This document shows, piece after piece, positions 44,651 to 54,508 of a DNA stretch of 64,000 bases. This stretch comes from Clostridia bacterium (GTDB lineage: Bacteria; Bacillota; Clostridia; DSM-8532; SZUA-474). The position numbers and the translations under genes were made by a program. Position 1 is the first letter of the stretch. Each line of letters starts with the position of its first letter. The stretch covers positions 4,393 through 68,392 of the forward strand of contig QKEK01000012.1 of the NCBI GenBank assembly GCA_003251775.1, read 5' to 3'. The notes under the pieces were generated by a model. That model worked only from the letters and a program-made list of their open reading frames with translations, made no database searches and was not told where the DNA came from.

Positions 44651-46735
44651 TCAATCAATACTTGTAATATTATGAACCGGATCACTGAACTCATAACCAT
44701 GGAGACTGTTGGCTATAATTTTTTCAGCTGTTTTAGATGCTTTATCTATTAAATCTTCAGGGGATAAAGCATTTTCTGGATAAATTGAGATTCCGATTTT
44801 TATTCTTGGCACTATTTTCTGATTCTCTGTAAATATTGGTTTTGTAACCTCAAAAATTATTTTTTGAGCTATCACTCTTAATCCATGAATACTGTCAAGT
44901 TTAATAGCTAACAGATATGTATCGTCGAACTCTTTCCCCAAAATATCTTCTGACCTTAATATTGATTTTATTCTTTGGGTTACAGAGTGCTCTCCAATAA
45001 TTATATCTTCCGAAATAAAACCGTCCTTCTTCTCAAAATCAAGGTCAATAATAATTGTAAAAAGTGCAATCTGGTTTTTCTTTCGCTTTGTCTCTTTTAT
45101 AGCCTGGCTTAAAAGTTCAATAAACAGAGCTTTTTGTGGAAGACCGGATTCTCTGTCTTTTTGCGGGGTTTTATCTTCCAGCTCTTTGGACTCAATAATT
45201 ACTGTATCACTCTCCATTAAGGTATTTAATGATTCTACTTCATTCTTTATTCTGAAATTTTCTATAGAAAGGGAAACATAGGCACTAATAGTTTTTAGTA
45301 CATTAAGATCATACATTGTGTATTTTCCCTTTTCACTATCTTCAATTGAGATAGCACCTACAATATTATCTCCCCTTTTTACAGGGAGAATAATAAATGA
45401 CTCCATACCCTTTGTTAATTTACTGGAACTGAATTTATCATCTGTATCATCTCTATTATATATAATTAACTCTTTACCATGTTCTATAGTGTAAAGTGCA
45501 GGTTCTCCCCTGGATTCTATCACCCTTGTTTCGGATTTCTGATTCTTGAAAATAGTTGTTTGAGTAAGGTTTCTATCACTGTTATTTTTGCTGTAAATTG
45601 ATATATTATCAAAAGTTATTATATTCCTTATTCCTTTGTATACAGCGGTAATCATCTCCTTCATATCTTCACTACTTTTATTAATATCTGAAAATTGATG
45701 TTCGTTTATGGATTTAAATATAAAAGATTCAGATTTAATATTGAATCTCAGTTTAATTTTAAGAATATCAAACTGTATTTTGGCTACTCTTCTCTGTTCA
45801 TCCTCCCTTAGTACAATTGACTTTTGAATATAGGCAATTGATTCACTTTTATCCCCTAGCTCATTAAGAGTCAAATATAAGTAGTGGAAGGCCTTTGATC
45901 TCTCTTTATAGCTTCTGTTTAGATGATTCATCTCTTCCATTGCTGAGTTAATAAATTGCAAGGCTTTTTTGTAATCACCGGAATAAAAAAATAGTGAACC
46001 CATATTTAATAATACATTAATATGAGCCTTATAATCTTTATTTGTTTTTGCATACTGCAGTGCTCTTATATGGAAGCTTTCTGATCTTAAATAGTTCTGT
46101 TTCTTTCTAAATATATTTCCTAGATGAGTTAATGCTTCAGCAATTTTGTAATTTATATTGTTAGCATCACATAATGTAAGGGTCATAAATAGAGCTTCCT
46201 GGGCACTATCTATCTTGTCTAGTTTAAGTAGAGCTTTTCCCATGTAGTAGTTAAGGTAGATCTTTCTGTAAATAGAGTTATCATTATTAATACTATCCAT
46301 GGCTATTCTCAGATAATTTAGGGATTCAGAGTACTCTCCAAGTTTGTAATAAGTTACAGCTATATCCTTTAAAGTTATAAAATTTAAATCGCTTTTAGTT
46401 TCTTCCAATCTGTTCAGGATATCAAAAAAAATCTCAAGGGCTTTGGTATATTCATTACAACTTGTATAGACAGAGGCAATACCATGACAGCTAAGAAGAT
46501 ACCCGTCAATATCCTCTTTTTGAATAAAAATCTTTAATGATCTGTTAAAACTTTTAAAAGCCTTTGCTAATTTTCCATTTTCAAGATCAACCCAGCCTTT
46601 CTTAATAAAATTATATGCAATTTTTTCCCTTATCAGTGTACTGTTTGTAACTTTTAATGCATATTCCACAAAACTCAAGGTTATAGTTTCAACAGGGCTG
46701 TTTTTAGTATCATATATTATCTTTTTGTGCGTCAT
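44651..46735 (-). CDS. TPR - GAF - degenerate GGDEF multidomain signalling protein
   Basis: N-terminal TPR repeats and a GAF-like core (ILPVKRGDNIVGAISIED). In the C-terminal GGDEF fold, GGDEF is replaced by FDDTY and RSED lies 5 residues upstream. Confidence 0.8.
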   Translation of the reverse strand: MTHKKIIYDTKNSPVETITLSFVEYALKVTNSTLIREKIAYNFIKKGWVDLENGKLAKAFKSFNRSLKIFIQKEDIDGYLLSCHGIASVYTSCNEYTKALEIFFDILNRLEETKSDLNFITLKDIAVTYYKLGEYSESLNYLRIAMDSINNDNSIYRKIYLNYYMGKALLKLDKIDSAQEALFMTLTLCDANNINYKIAEALTHLGNIFRKKQNYLRSESFHIRALQYAKTNKDYKAHINVLLNMGSLFFYSGDYKKALQFINSAMEEMNHLNRSYKERSKAFHYLYLTLNELGDKSESIAYIQKSIVLREDEQRRVAKIQFDILKIKLRFNIKSESFIFKSINEHQFSDINKSSEDMKEMITAVYKGIRNIITFDNISIYSKNNSDRNLTQTTIFKNQKSETRVIESRGEPALYTIEHGKELIIYNRDDTDDKFSSSKLTKGMESFIILPVKRGDNIVGAISIEDSEKGKYTMYDLNVLKTISAYVSLSIENFRIKNEVESLNTLMESDTVIIESKELEDKTPQKDRESGLPQKALFIELLSQAIKETKRKKNQIALFTIIIDLDFEKKDGFISEDIIIGEHSVTQRIKSILRSEDILGKEFDDTYLLAIKLDSIHGLRVIAQKIIFEVTKPIFTENQKIVPRIKIGISIYPENALSPEDLIDKASKTAEKIIANSLHGYEFSDPVHNITSID

Positions 46736-46813
46736 ATAAATCCTTTCTAAATTAATTTTAGGATTAATTGGAATTTAAAACAAATAATAAAAAATAATGT
46801 CGATTATAAAGCC

Positions 46814-47725
46814 ATGATTTTATTAATTCTATTGCTAATTATTTTACTCTTTATACTTTTTAACAGCGGGGCAGGATATAAAGAGAGTGTTAATTATAAT
46901 ATAAAATATTCGGGGCCAATAATGGATGGAGCCCAGGAGTATGTATCTGTTCGGGGAAATAAGAAAGCTATTCTCTTTATACATGGATTCCCGGGTACAC
47001 CAAAAATGTACTATATGGCAAGAGAGTTGGCTATTAATTCCGGGTATGATGTTTTTATTCCTCGGCTACCGGGTTTTGGATGCTCAGAAGAAGAGTTTAT
47101 TAAGACAAACTTTTCTGTATGGCTTAATTTCTTAAAGGAGTATTATACAGATAGGCGTAAAAAATATGATCAATTCTTTATTGCAGGGAATTCCATGGGA
47201 GGGTCTTTAACTTTAAAGCTGGCTGAACTCTATGGTGATTCTGCTGATTTAAGACCAACAGGCATTTGTTCTGTTGCCGCACCTGTATATCTTAACTCTT
47301 TAAAAAGAGGGGATATAAAATCACCTCTTCTATATTTTATAAGGCTAATATCACTTTTCAGCAGTTATATACCCGCAAAAAAACCGAGAAAAGATAAGAG
47401 TCTGGATCAGGATGGAGATACTGAATGGGTCGGCTATCGGGGACTTTTCCCAAAACAGATATACAGTTTAATGCTTGGTTTAAAGGGTGTAAAAAAGGAT
47501 CTTTATAAAATAGATATTCCCTGTTACATTTGTCATGCCAAAGAGGATAAAACAGTACCCTTTGGAAACTCTGGATATATTAAAGATCATATTAATAGTG
47601 ACAATATACTCTATCGTGTTATGAGTTTAAAAGAGTGGAGCCACACAAACCACTCCATGTTTATTTATAAAAGTGTAGTGGGCCCACTATGGCGTGATAT
47701 AGATTACTTTTTTCAATCTCTATGA
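46814..47725 (+). CDS. Alpha/beta hydrolase (carboxylesterase or lysophospholipase-like)
   Basis: Nucleophile elbow GNSMGG, HGFPG oxyanion region, and an N-terminal TM or signal anchor. Confidence 0.8.
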   Translation: MILLILLLIILLFILFNSGAGYKESVNYNIKYSGPIMDGAQEYVSVRGNKKAILFIHGFPGTPKMYYMARELAINSGYDVFIPRLPGFGCSEEEFIKTNFSVWLNFLKEYYTDRRKKYDQFFIAGNSMGGSLTLKLAELYGDSADLRPTGICSVAAPVYLNSLKRGDIKSPLLYFIRLISLFSSYIPAKKPRKDKSLDQDGDTEWVGYRGLFPKQIYSLMLGLKGVKKDLYKIDIPCYICHAKEDKTVPFGNSGYIKDHINSDNILYRVMSLKEWSHTNHSMFIYKSVVGPLWRDIDYFFQSL

Positions 47726-48409
47726 GATAGTCGTTCCAAAGAACTCTTTTCCCTGAAAGATTTTTTTCAGATTTTTCAGGTCTTTTCCCGCTGCAGCTAT
47801 AACTGTAAGGCCTAACTCTGCCGCAAGTTTTGTAGCAACAGGATCAAAAGGAATATTTTTCCCCGGTGTCCATTCATTACCGCAAAGTTTTTTATAATCG
47901 TCCCAACTCATTTTATCAATAGGTTTTGCATTAGAATTCTTTTTAGGATCATCAGTATATATTTTTGCTATATTGGAAAGGCTTAAAACAGTTTTAGAAC
48001 CAAATCTTTTTGCAAGAACTACAGAGTCGTAATCTGTTGAGAACCCTGGTTTCCATCCTGCTGCAATCATTACTCTTCCCTTGAATTCTCCTTCAGTCTC
48101 AGGGTTAATTATTACTTCATCTAAACAGTAGTCGCTAAAAATACCTTTTAAAAGTTGACCATTTAATCGTGTTGCTGCAATTCCAATCCAGTCCTGATCA
48201 TCATGGGTTGGGTTTTCAACCACTTCTCTATAAGCTGTCTGGTATTTTCTTGCTGCGCCACCACCACCAATTATTAAAATAGCCTTTCTTGATTCATCTT
48301 CATTTAACCAGTCTACTAAAAATTTTTTGAAATCCTTAATAAATTCTGTATCTATCTGATCCGGAGCAACAATTGAACCTCCAAGATCAAGAATTTGTAT
48401 GTTTTCCAT
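47720..48409 (-). CDS. pyrH: UMP kinase, archaeal type
   Basis: LGGSIV, IIGGGGAARKY, GFSTDYD and IYTDDPKKN are colinear with archaeal PyrH (Pyrococcus) as I recall it. 229 aa, shorter than bacterial PyrH. Confidence 0.75.
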   Translation of the reverse strand: MENIQILDLGGSIVAPDQIDTEFIKDFKKFLVDWLNEDESRKAILIIGGGGAARKYQTAYREVVENPTHDDQDWIGIAATRLNGQLLKGIFSDYCLDEVIINPETEGEFKGRVMIAAGWKPGFSTDYDSVVLAKRFGSKTVLSLSNIAKIYTDDPKKNSNAKPIDKMSWDDYKKLCGNEWTPGKNIPFDPVATKLAAELGLTVIAAAGKDLKNLKKIFQGKEFFGTTIS

Positions 48410-48499
48410 TATATTCTCCCTGAATTTAAACAGTAAATATATTATGTTATTTCTTTACCAAAGTCAAAGCAATATAGCGCTGAAGGATCCATGGTTAAC

Positions 48500-48528
48500 T
48501 TGACAACAGAGAGTAATTAAAGTTTAAT
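48500..48528 (+). promoter_or_regulatory. Candidate promoter of the lolA-like to pcrA gene string
   Basis: TTGACA (48500-48505), 17 nt, TTTAAT (48523-48528). Confidence 0.4.
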
Positions 48529-48573
48529 AATACAGTTAAACTAAAATTTTAAAATCAATGGAGTATTTTAACT

Positions 48574-49269
48574 TTGAATAAAAAAATTCTTATCATTTCA
48601 ATGTTTATATTATCCCCTATATTCATATTTAGTCAGCAGACTGCCGGGGCATTTTTTCAGACAATATCGGATAAGTACGCTGATATAGACTCCTATACCG
48701 CAACATTTAAATTTACAAGCGGCGTAAGAGGGAATATTATTCAGGAAGGAAAAATGTATTATAAAAGTCCTAATTTATTGAGACTGGACTATACAAATCC
48801 TGAAAATCAGGTTTTAAATGTTAACTCAACAAAACTTTCTATATATGTTCCGGCTCATGGAACTCTGTTTGAACAGACAATAAGCAGTGAAGAGGAGGCG
48901 GAAACTCTACAGGTTTCTGGTTTAACATCCCAGGGATTAACACTTTTTATAACTAACTACAGTATAAGTTATGTTAATGGACCTGAACTAGAACCACTAG
49001 ATGAGAATAATCCCCAGGATGTCTACAAGTTAAGGCTTTTACCGAGAAAATTCTCGGAGCCATTTCAGAAAATTGTTATGTCCTTAACAAGTGATGGTTT
49101 TATAAGAAGGTTAGAGTCTACAACCAGGACAAATGAAGTATTAATTATGGATATTGTAGATATTGATACTGATGAGATTATCGAAAATAACTATTTTGAT
49201 TATGAAGCTCCCCCAACAGCAACAACAATAACAGATTTTCTTTTTACTCCACAGAAGGAGGAAGAGTAA
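48574..49269 (+). CDS. LolA-like outer-membrane lipoprotein carrier/sorting protein
   Basis: Signal peptide followed by the pattern F...Y.SPNLLRLDYTNPENQV...STKLSIYVP, typical of the LolA fold. TTG start. Confidence 0.6.
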   Translation: MNKKILIISMFILSPIFIFSQQTAGAFFQTISDKYADIDSYTATFKFTSGVRGNIIQEGKMYYKSPNLLRLDYTNPENQVLNVNSTKLSIYVPAHGTLFEQTISSEEEAETLQVSGLTSQGLTLFITNYSISYVNGPELEPLDENNPQDVYKLRLLPRKFSEPFQKIVMSLTSDGFIRRLESTTRTNEVLIMDIVDIDTDEIIENNYFDYEAPPTATTITDFLFTPQKEEE

Positions 49270-49271
49270 TT

Positions 49272-50375
49272 ATGCGATCTTTACGGGATATGCTGATTAG
49301 TAAAAGGGAAGAAAAGGGATTAACAACCAGTCAGGTTGCCTACGAGACCAATATCTCAAAAAAATATATAGAAGCATTGGAAGAGGAAAATTTTACAGAA
49401 TTTCCTGCAGAAGCATACCTTCTGGGATTCCTTAGAAATTATGCAGAATTTCTTGGGCTTAGTTACGATGCTGTACTAGCTGAGTATAAAAATTGTCTAC
49501 TTAGGGATGAACCAACTCCACTCTCTGAGTTAATGGGAGTAAAACCAAGTTTTGAATTCAAACTTTGGATGGTCATATTACCTCTAGTTGCTCTAGGACT
49601 CTTTTTTGGAATTCCTCCGGTTGTTAAAGCTGTAGGGAATCAAATAGAGATTAGAAAGGAAGCACTTAGACTTGCCGGTGAGAATAAGACTAAAAACTAC
49701 ATAATAAATGATCAGTATACAGATCAGAAAGTTAAAGTTAACGATACTTTTTCTTTAAATGAAGGAGAGGATAAAGTTACATATATAGTTCAGGAAATTG
49801 AGTCTGATCTTATTCTTTCTGAAAGTTACCTGGATAAAGAGAGGGTTATTACTCTTAAACTGGGAAGTGAAGTTGAGTCAGAAATTGTAATAAAGGATAA
49901 AAAATATATTGTAACACTCTATTTAAAGGATATTGGGGGGTTTTCTGATAATAGTGCTATCCTGAAGATAAAATCTGAAGCCAGGGATTTTGCGACCTTT
50001 GATTCTGAGTCAAACTCCGATGATTTAGGCTTATTTTCCAATGATACAGCAAAGGATGCTAAGATTATTATGGTAAAAAAGCACTCTCCTGATCCCTATT
50101 CTATTTCAATTAAATTTGAAGGAGATATTCTTTTCAGATATCAACAGAAGGGTGAAGAACTTATAGAAAATATCTATCAGAAAAACAGTGTTTTGAATCT
50201 GGATATCACAAGAAGCATAATGATTTGGACAAGCAATGCGGGATTGACAAAATTTAAAATCAATGGGGAAGTTATGGTTCTTGGCCGAACAGGTGAAGTA
50301 CATGTTTTTCAGCTAAGATGGATTTATATAAATGATAAGGATGAATACAGACTTGAGTACTCAACAGCATATTAA
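49272..50375 (+). CDS. rodZ: RodZ-like cytoskeleton protein (HTH - TM - C-terminal beta domain)
   Basis: N-terminal XRE-type HTH (GLTTSQVAYETNISKKYIEALEEENF...PAEAYLLGFLRNYAEFLGL) and a single TM segment. Confidence 0.7.
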   Translation: MRSLRDMLISKREEKGLTTSQVAYETNISKKYIEALEEENFTEFPAEAYLLGFLRNYAEFLGLSYDAVLAEYKNCLLRDEPTPLSELMGVKPSFEFKLWMVILPLVALGLFFGIPPVVKAVGNQIEIRKEALRLAGENKTKNYIINDQYTDQKVKVNDTFSLNEGEDKVTYIVQEIESDLILSESYLDKERVITLKLGSEVESEIVIKDKKYIVTLYLKDIGGFSDNSAILKIKSEARDFATFDSESNSDDLGLFSNDTAKDAKIIMVKKHSPDPYSISIKFEGDILFRYQQKGEELIENIYQKNSVLNLDITRSIMIWTSNAGLTKFKINGEVMVLGRTGEVHVFQLRWIYINDKDEYRLEYSTAY

Positions 50376-51687
50376 ATTTTATATCGAGACCCTAGGGTGC
50401 TCAAAAAATCAGGTAGACTCCGAGTCTATGCTTGCGTCAATAGAGAAATATGATTATGAATTTATTGAAGATCCTCAGGACGCAGATTTTGTTATAATAA
50501 ATACATGTGGTTTTATTAAATCTGCTAAAGAGGAGTCAATTAATACATTTCTTCAATTCAGAAATTCATATCCTGATAAGAAAATTATTATTGCCGGATG
50601 TTTTGCACAAAGGTATTTTGATTCTATAAAAGAGTTATTTCCTGATGCGGATGGATTTTATGGATCACAATCACCTTCTATGATAGGTGAAATTGTATCA
50701 TCAGTTCTTTCCGGGGAAAAACCGGCAGTAAAGAGAGATGATAATATAACTCAGCTAGAGAGAAATCATGTTTTCAATTTTAAGGGTTCTGTGTATGTTA
50801 AAGTAGCAGAAGGGTGTAATAATAACTGTAATTATTGCGCTATTCCAATAATAAGAGGACAGATTAATAGTAGAACCCTTGATGATGTGTATAATGAAAT
50901 TGTATCTCTACTGGATAAGGGATACTTTGAAATAAACCTAATAGCCCAGGATTTGGCAGCATGGGGTGAAGATCTTGGAGAGAAGAGTCTTATACCTCTT
51001 TTAAAAAGAATTAGTGAACTAAAAGGCAAATTCTGGATTAGAATGCTATATATTCATCCGGATAAATTTCCTGTACAGTTACTTGAAATTTGTAAAAGAG
51101 ATCCAAGAATCCTTCCATATTTTGATATTCCATTTCAACACGCCAGCGAGAAAGTTCTAAAAAAAATGGGACGAAAAGGCTCTTTTACAAAACACCTTGA
51201 TCTGGTAAAGAGAATACGTCATGAATTACCTAATGCTGTTTTAAGATCAACAATAATGCTTGGTCATCCCGGAGAAGGTAAAAGAGAATTTCTTGAAGTT
51301 AAGAAATTCTTACAAGAAGCAAAACTTGATTGGGTAGGTTTTTTTACTTACTCCCGGGAAGAGGATACAAAAAGCTATAATATGAGAGGGCCAATATCCG
51401 ATCGTATAAGTGGCATTTCCGCAAAGAGAAGAAAGAGAGAGCTTGAAGATATACAGAGTATTATTACAACCGAAAGACTGCAATTCTGGATTGGTCAGGA
51501 GATAGATGTTCTAATTGAAGAGGATATAAAAGAAGAAAATCTTTTTATAGGCCGTGGTTATATAGATGCACCTGAAGTTGACGGACTTGTAGTTGTTAAA
51601 GCTGCAGATTTAAATGAAGGCGATGTTGTAAAAGTTAAGATTGTAGGTGTATCTATAGTAGATCTAGTAGCCGAAGTAGTTAAATAA
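50332..51687 (+). CDS. rimO: Ribosomal protein S12 methylthiotransferase RimO
   Basis: LGCSKNQVDSE, NTCGFI, radical-SAM motif CNNNCNYC and a C-terminal TRAM domain. The start is ATG 50332 or 50341, and both overlap the rodZ-like 3' end. Confidence 0.85.
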   Translation: MIRMNTDLSTQQHIKFYIETLGCSKNQVDSESMLASIEKYDYEFIEDPQDADFVIINTCGFIKSAKEESINTFLQFRNSYPDKKIIIAGCFAQRYFDSIKELFPDADGFYGSQSPSMIGEIVSSVLSGEKPAVKRDDNITQLERNHVFNFKGSVYVKVAEGCNNNCNYCAIPIIRGQINSRTLDDVYNEIVSLLDKGYFEINLIAQDLAAWGEDLGEKSLIPLLKRISELKGKFWIRMLYIHPDKFPVQLLEICKRDPRILPYFDIPFQHASEKVLKKMGRKGSFTKHLDLVKRIRHELPNAVLRSTIMLGHPGEGKREFLEVKKFLQEAKLDWVGFFTYSREEDTKSYNMRGPISDRISGISAKRRKRELEDIQSIITTERLQFWIGQEIDVLIEEDIKEENLFIGRGYIDAPEVDGLVVVKAADLNEGDVVKVKIVGVSIVDLVAEVVK

Positions 51688-53756
51688 TGGATTATTTAGA
51701 GGGGTTAAACAAACAACAGCTGGAAGCTGTAACCACAGAGGGAGGGCCTCTTTTACTTCTAGCCGGCGCTGGTTCCGGGAAAACAAGGGTTATTACAACC
51801 AGAATCGCTTACCTTATTGATATACTGAAATTTAGCCCTTATTCAATTCTTGCTGTAACTTTTACAAACAAGGCTGCAGGGGAGATGCGGGAAAGGGTTC
51901 AGGCAATGGTCCCTGAGGCAGATAGTGTTATGATTAAAACATTTCACTCCTTTGGGGCATGGATGTTAAGACGAAACGGAGAATCTCTTGGATTAAGATC
52001 CAGTTTTACGATTTATGATGATGACGATGTAAATTCCCTATTAAAAACAATTGTTCCTGGTGCTACAAGAAGCGAATTAAAAGAGTTCGCCAGGGATATA
52101 TCAAGATGTAAAGATGATAACCTAACCCCGGATGATGATCTGGTAAGTATAAATCCATACCCTGACTTTTCTGAAATATACAGAAAGTATAATGAGCGAT
52201 TAAAAGAGATAGGTAATGTAGATTTTGGTGACTTAATCTCTCTTCCTAAACAGTTACTCCAAAAAAATAAGGATTTAAGAGCAAGATTTCAGTCAAGATT
52301 TAAAGTAATACTTGTTGATGAATATCAGGACACAAACAGAGCCCAGTTTGAATTATTAAAAGCATTAGCCGGACCCGAGACATGGATCTGTGTTGTTGGT
52401 GATGATGATCAATCAATCTATAAATTCCGTGGCGCTGAGGTAAGGAATATACTGGATTTCGATAAAATTTTTCCTGGAACAAGAGTAATTAAACTGGAGG
52501 AAAATTACAGAAGTACTGGGCATATACTCTCTATTGCTTCAGCAGTTGTAAAAAATAACCTCAACAGATTGGGAAAAACACTTTGGACCAGTAAGGGTGA
52601 GGGTTTAAAACCTACAATTAAATACCTGGAGAACAGTGAAGCAGAAGCTGAATATATAGCAAGTCAGCTAAATACCGGAAATTTGAATGAGACAGCTATT
52701 TTATACAGGACAAATGCCCAATCCCGGGAGTTGGAGTCAACATTTATACGTAACAGTATCCCATATAAAATTGTTGGGACATTAAGATTTTATGAACGAG
52801 AAGAGATAAAAGATACACTTGCGCTTCTAGCCTTTATTTCTAACAGTAAGGATGAGATTGCATTTCGCAGGATAATAAATAAACCTGCAAGAGGAATTGG
52901 AAAGTCATCCCTTGAAAAGATAATTTCAGATTCTGCCAATTATGATTATGATTATTTCGAGACTATTGAGAATAGTAATATACTAAAAGGTAAAGCCTTA
53001 AATGGTTCTAAAGAGTTTAATAATCTGGTAAGTGAGATGAGAAGTCTGGATTTTAAAGAGGATTTAGGCCAATACGTTAGAAAAGTTATTATTGAAAGTG
53101 GCCTACTTGAATATCACAGGACACAGGACTTAGCTATTGGTTCAGGAAAGGTTGAAAACCTGGAAGAGCTTGTTACCGCTGCCAGTAAATATAGTGGAGA
53201 TTCCGCACTCTCGGAATTTTTAGAGGCAGTTGAGTTGGATCAGTCATCATTTAACAAGGAAGAGGATGATGGTATACCCAGGGTAACACTAATAACCATG
53301 CACAATACAAAGGGGCTGGAATTCGACAGAGTCTTTATATCCGGGATGGAAAATGGACTTTTTCCTCGTATTGATAAGATTGATGATACCAATGAACTTG
53401 AAGAGGAGAGAAGGCTTTTTTATGTAAGTATTACAAGAGCAAGAAAAGAGCTAACCTTTACCAGTTGTAATAAACGGTTTATTCATGGAAAACTTGTTTC
53501 AAGCCAGCCTTCAATATTTTTAAGTGAAATCCCTGAGGAGTTTGTTGTAGGAGATTCAATACCAAAAAATTCCGGTTTCTCGAATTCCAAATTTAAGAGA
53601 GGGGATACAGTATATCAGGATGATTACGGTTCCGGTTATGTAATAAAAGTTATAGATAATGGAAAACACGAGCTTGTTCTTGTAAAATTTGAGACAGGAC
53701 AAGTAAAGCAGTTTATAGCAGAATTCTGCAATTTAGAGAAAATTTCAGGGTATTGA
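51687..53756 (+). CDS. pcrA: ATP-dependent DNA helicase PcrA/UvrD family
   Basis: Walker A AGAGSGKTRVIT, DEYQDTN and the other SF1A motifs. The ATG overlaps the rimO stop (TAATG). Confidence 0.9.
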   Translation: MDYLEGLNKQQLEAVTTEGGPLLLLAGAGSGKTRVITTRIAYLIDILKFSPYSILAVTFTNKAAGEMRERVQAMVPEADSVMIKTFHSFGAWMLRRNGESLGLRSSFTIYDDDDVNSLLKTIVPGATRSELKEFARDISRCKDDNLTPDDDLVSINPYPDFSEIYRKYNERLKEIGNVDFGDLISLPKQLLQKNKDLRARFQSRFKVILVDEYQDTNRAQFELLKALAGPETWICVVGDDDQSIYKFRGAEVRNILDFDKIFPGTRVIKLEENYRSTGHILSIASAVVKNNLNRLGKTLWTSKGEGLKPTIKYLENSEAEAEYIASQLNTGNLNETAILYRTNAQSRELESTFIRNSIPYKIVGTLRFYEREEIKDTLALLAFISNSKDEIAFRRIINKPARGIGKSSLEKIISDSANYDYDYFETIENSNILKGKALNGSKEFNNLVSEMRSLDFKEDLGQYVRKVIIESGLLEYHRTQDLAIGSGKVENLEELVTAASKYSGDSALSEFLEAVELDQSSFNKEEDDGIPRVTLITMHNTKGLEFDRVFISGMENGLFPRIDKIDDTNELEEERRLFYVSITRARKELTFTSCNKRFIHGKLVSSQPSIFLSEIPEEFVVGDSIPKNSGFSNSKFKRGDTVYQDDYGSGYVIKVIDNGKHELVLVKFETGQVKQFIAEFCNLEKISGY

Positions 53757-54508
53757 GGTTATATCATTTGATAATTAAAAGAGCCAGAGGGCACAGATTA
53801 TATACATCCAATGGAAAAAAAATTATAGATCTCTCTATGGATTGGGGCCGTGGAGTATTGGGTCATAGACCAAATGGACTCTCGTTAGTAATAAAAAATG
53901 TTATTGAGAGAGGATTATATGCAGGTTACGATAACATTTATAAAGAGAGGCTAATCAACTATTTAAAAAAACAATTTCCTGATTATGGATTTATAACAAT
54001 ACTGGAGTATGAGGATAAAGCAACAGGTTATTTTCAATGTAATGTTGTTGATCCTCTTTTTACAGAAGTAAAGAAAAGTGACACTCTTGCATATTGGAGA
54101 CCATTTCTTAAAACACCTGAAAGTGATAACCTGATTATTCTGTACCCTTTTCCTGGTCTTAACAGTACTACAATTCTATTAAGTAGAGAGAAACCGACTA
54201 TAGAGTCTGATAATATTTCCCCAATACTTCTATCGGGAATACTTCGATCCATGTACGATTATGATATGGAACTCAAAACATTTGATAAGAGTGAATATTC
54301 ATCCTATAAAAATATCAGGGATTCCAGGTTACTACCTCCATATATTGTTTTTGATCGAGGTGATGAAGATTATAATCTTCTTGTTGCCAAGGTTCTGGAA
54401 CATGGGATATTATTGAATGAAAAAAAGAAGTTTGGGGTTCTTTCCCGGGATTTTTCCAAGGGAGAGGTAGATAAAATCTTAAAATTACTGGAGCAGAAAT
54501 ATGACTGA
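53753..54508 (+). CDS. Truncated class-III-aminotransferase-like protein, unknown function
   Basis: Residues 10-100 (ARGHRLYTSNGKKIIDLSMDWGRGVLGHRPNGL...ERGL) mirror the N-terminal segment of HemL-type aminotransferases. No PLP-lysine region exists. The TTG start overlaps the pcrA stop (TTGA). Confidence 0.5.
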   Translation: MRLYHLIIKRARGHRLYTSNGKKIIDLSMDWGRGVLGHRPNGLSLVIKNVIERGLYAGYDNIYKERLINYLKKQFPDYGFITILEYEDKATGYFQCNVVDPLFTEVKKSDTLAYWRPFLKTPESDNLIILYPFPGLNSTTILLSREKPTIESDNISPILLSGILRSMYDYDMELKTFDKSEYSSYKNIRDSRLLPPYIVFDRGDEDYNLLVAKVLEHGILLNEKKKFGVLSRDFSKGEVDKILKLLEQKYD

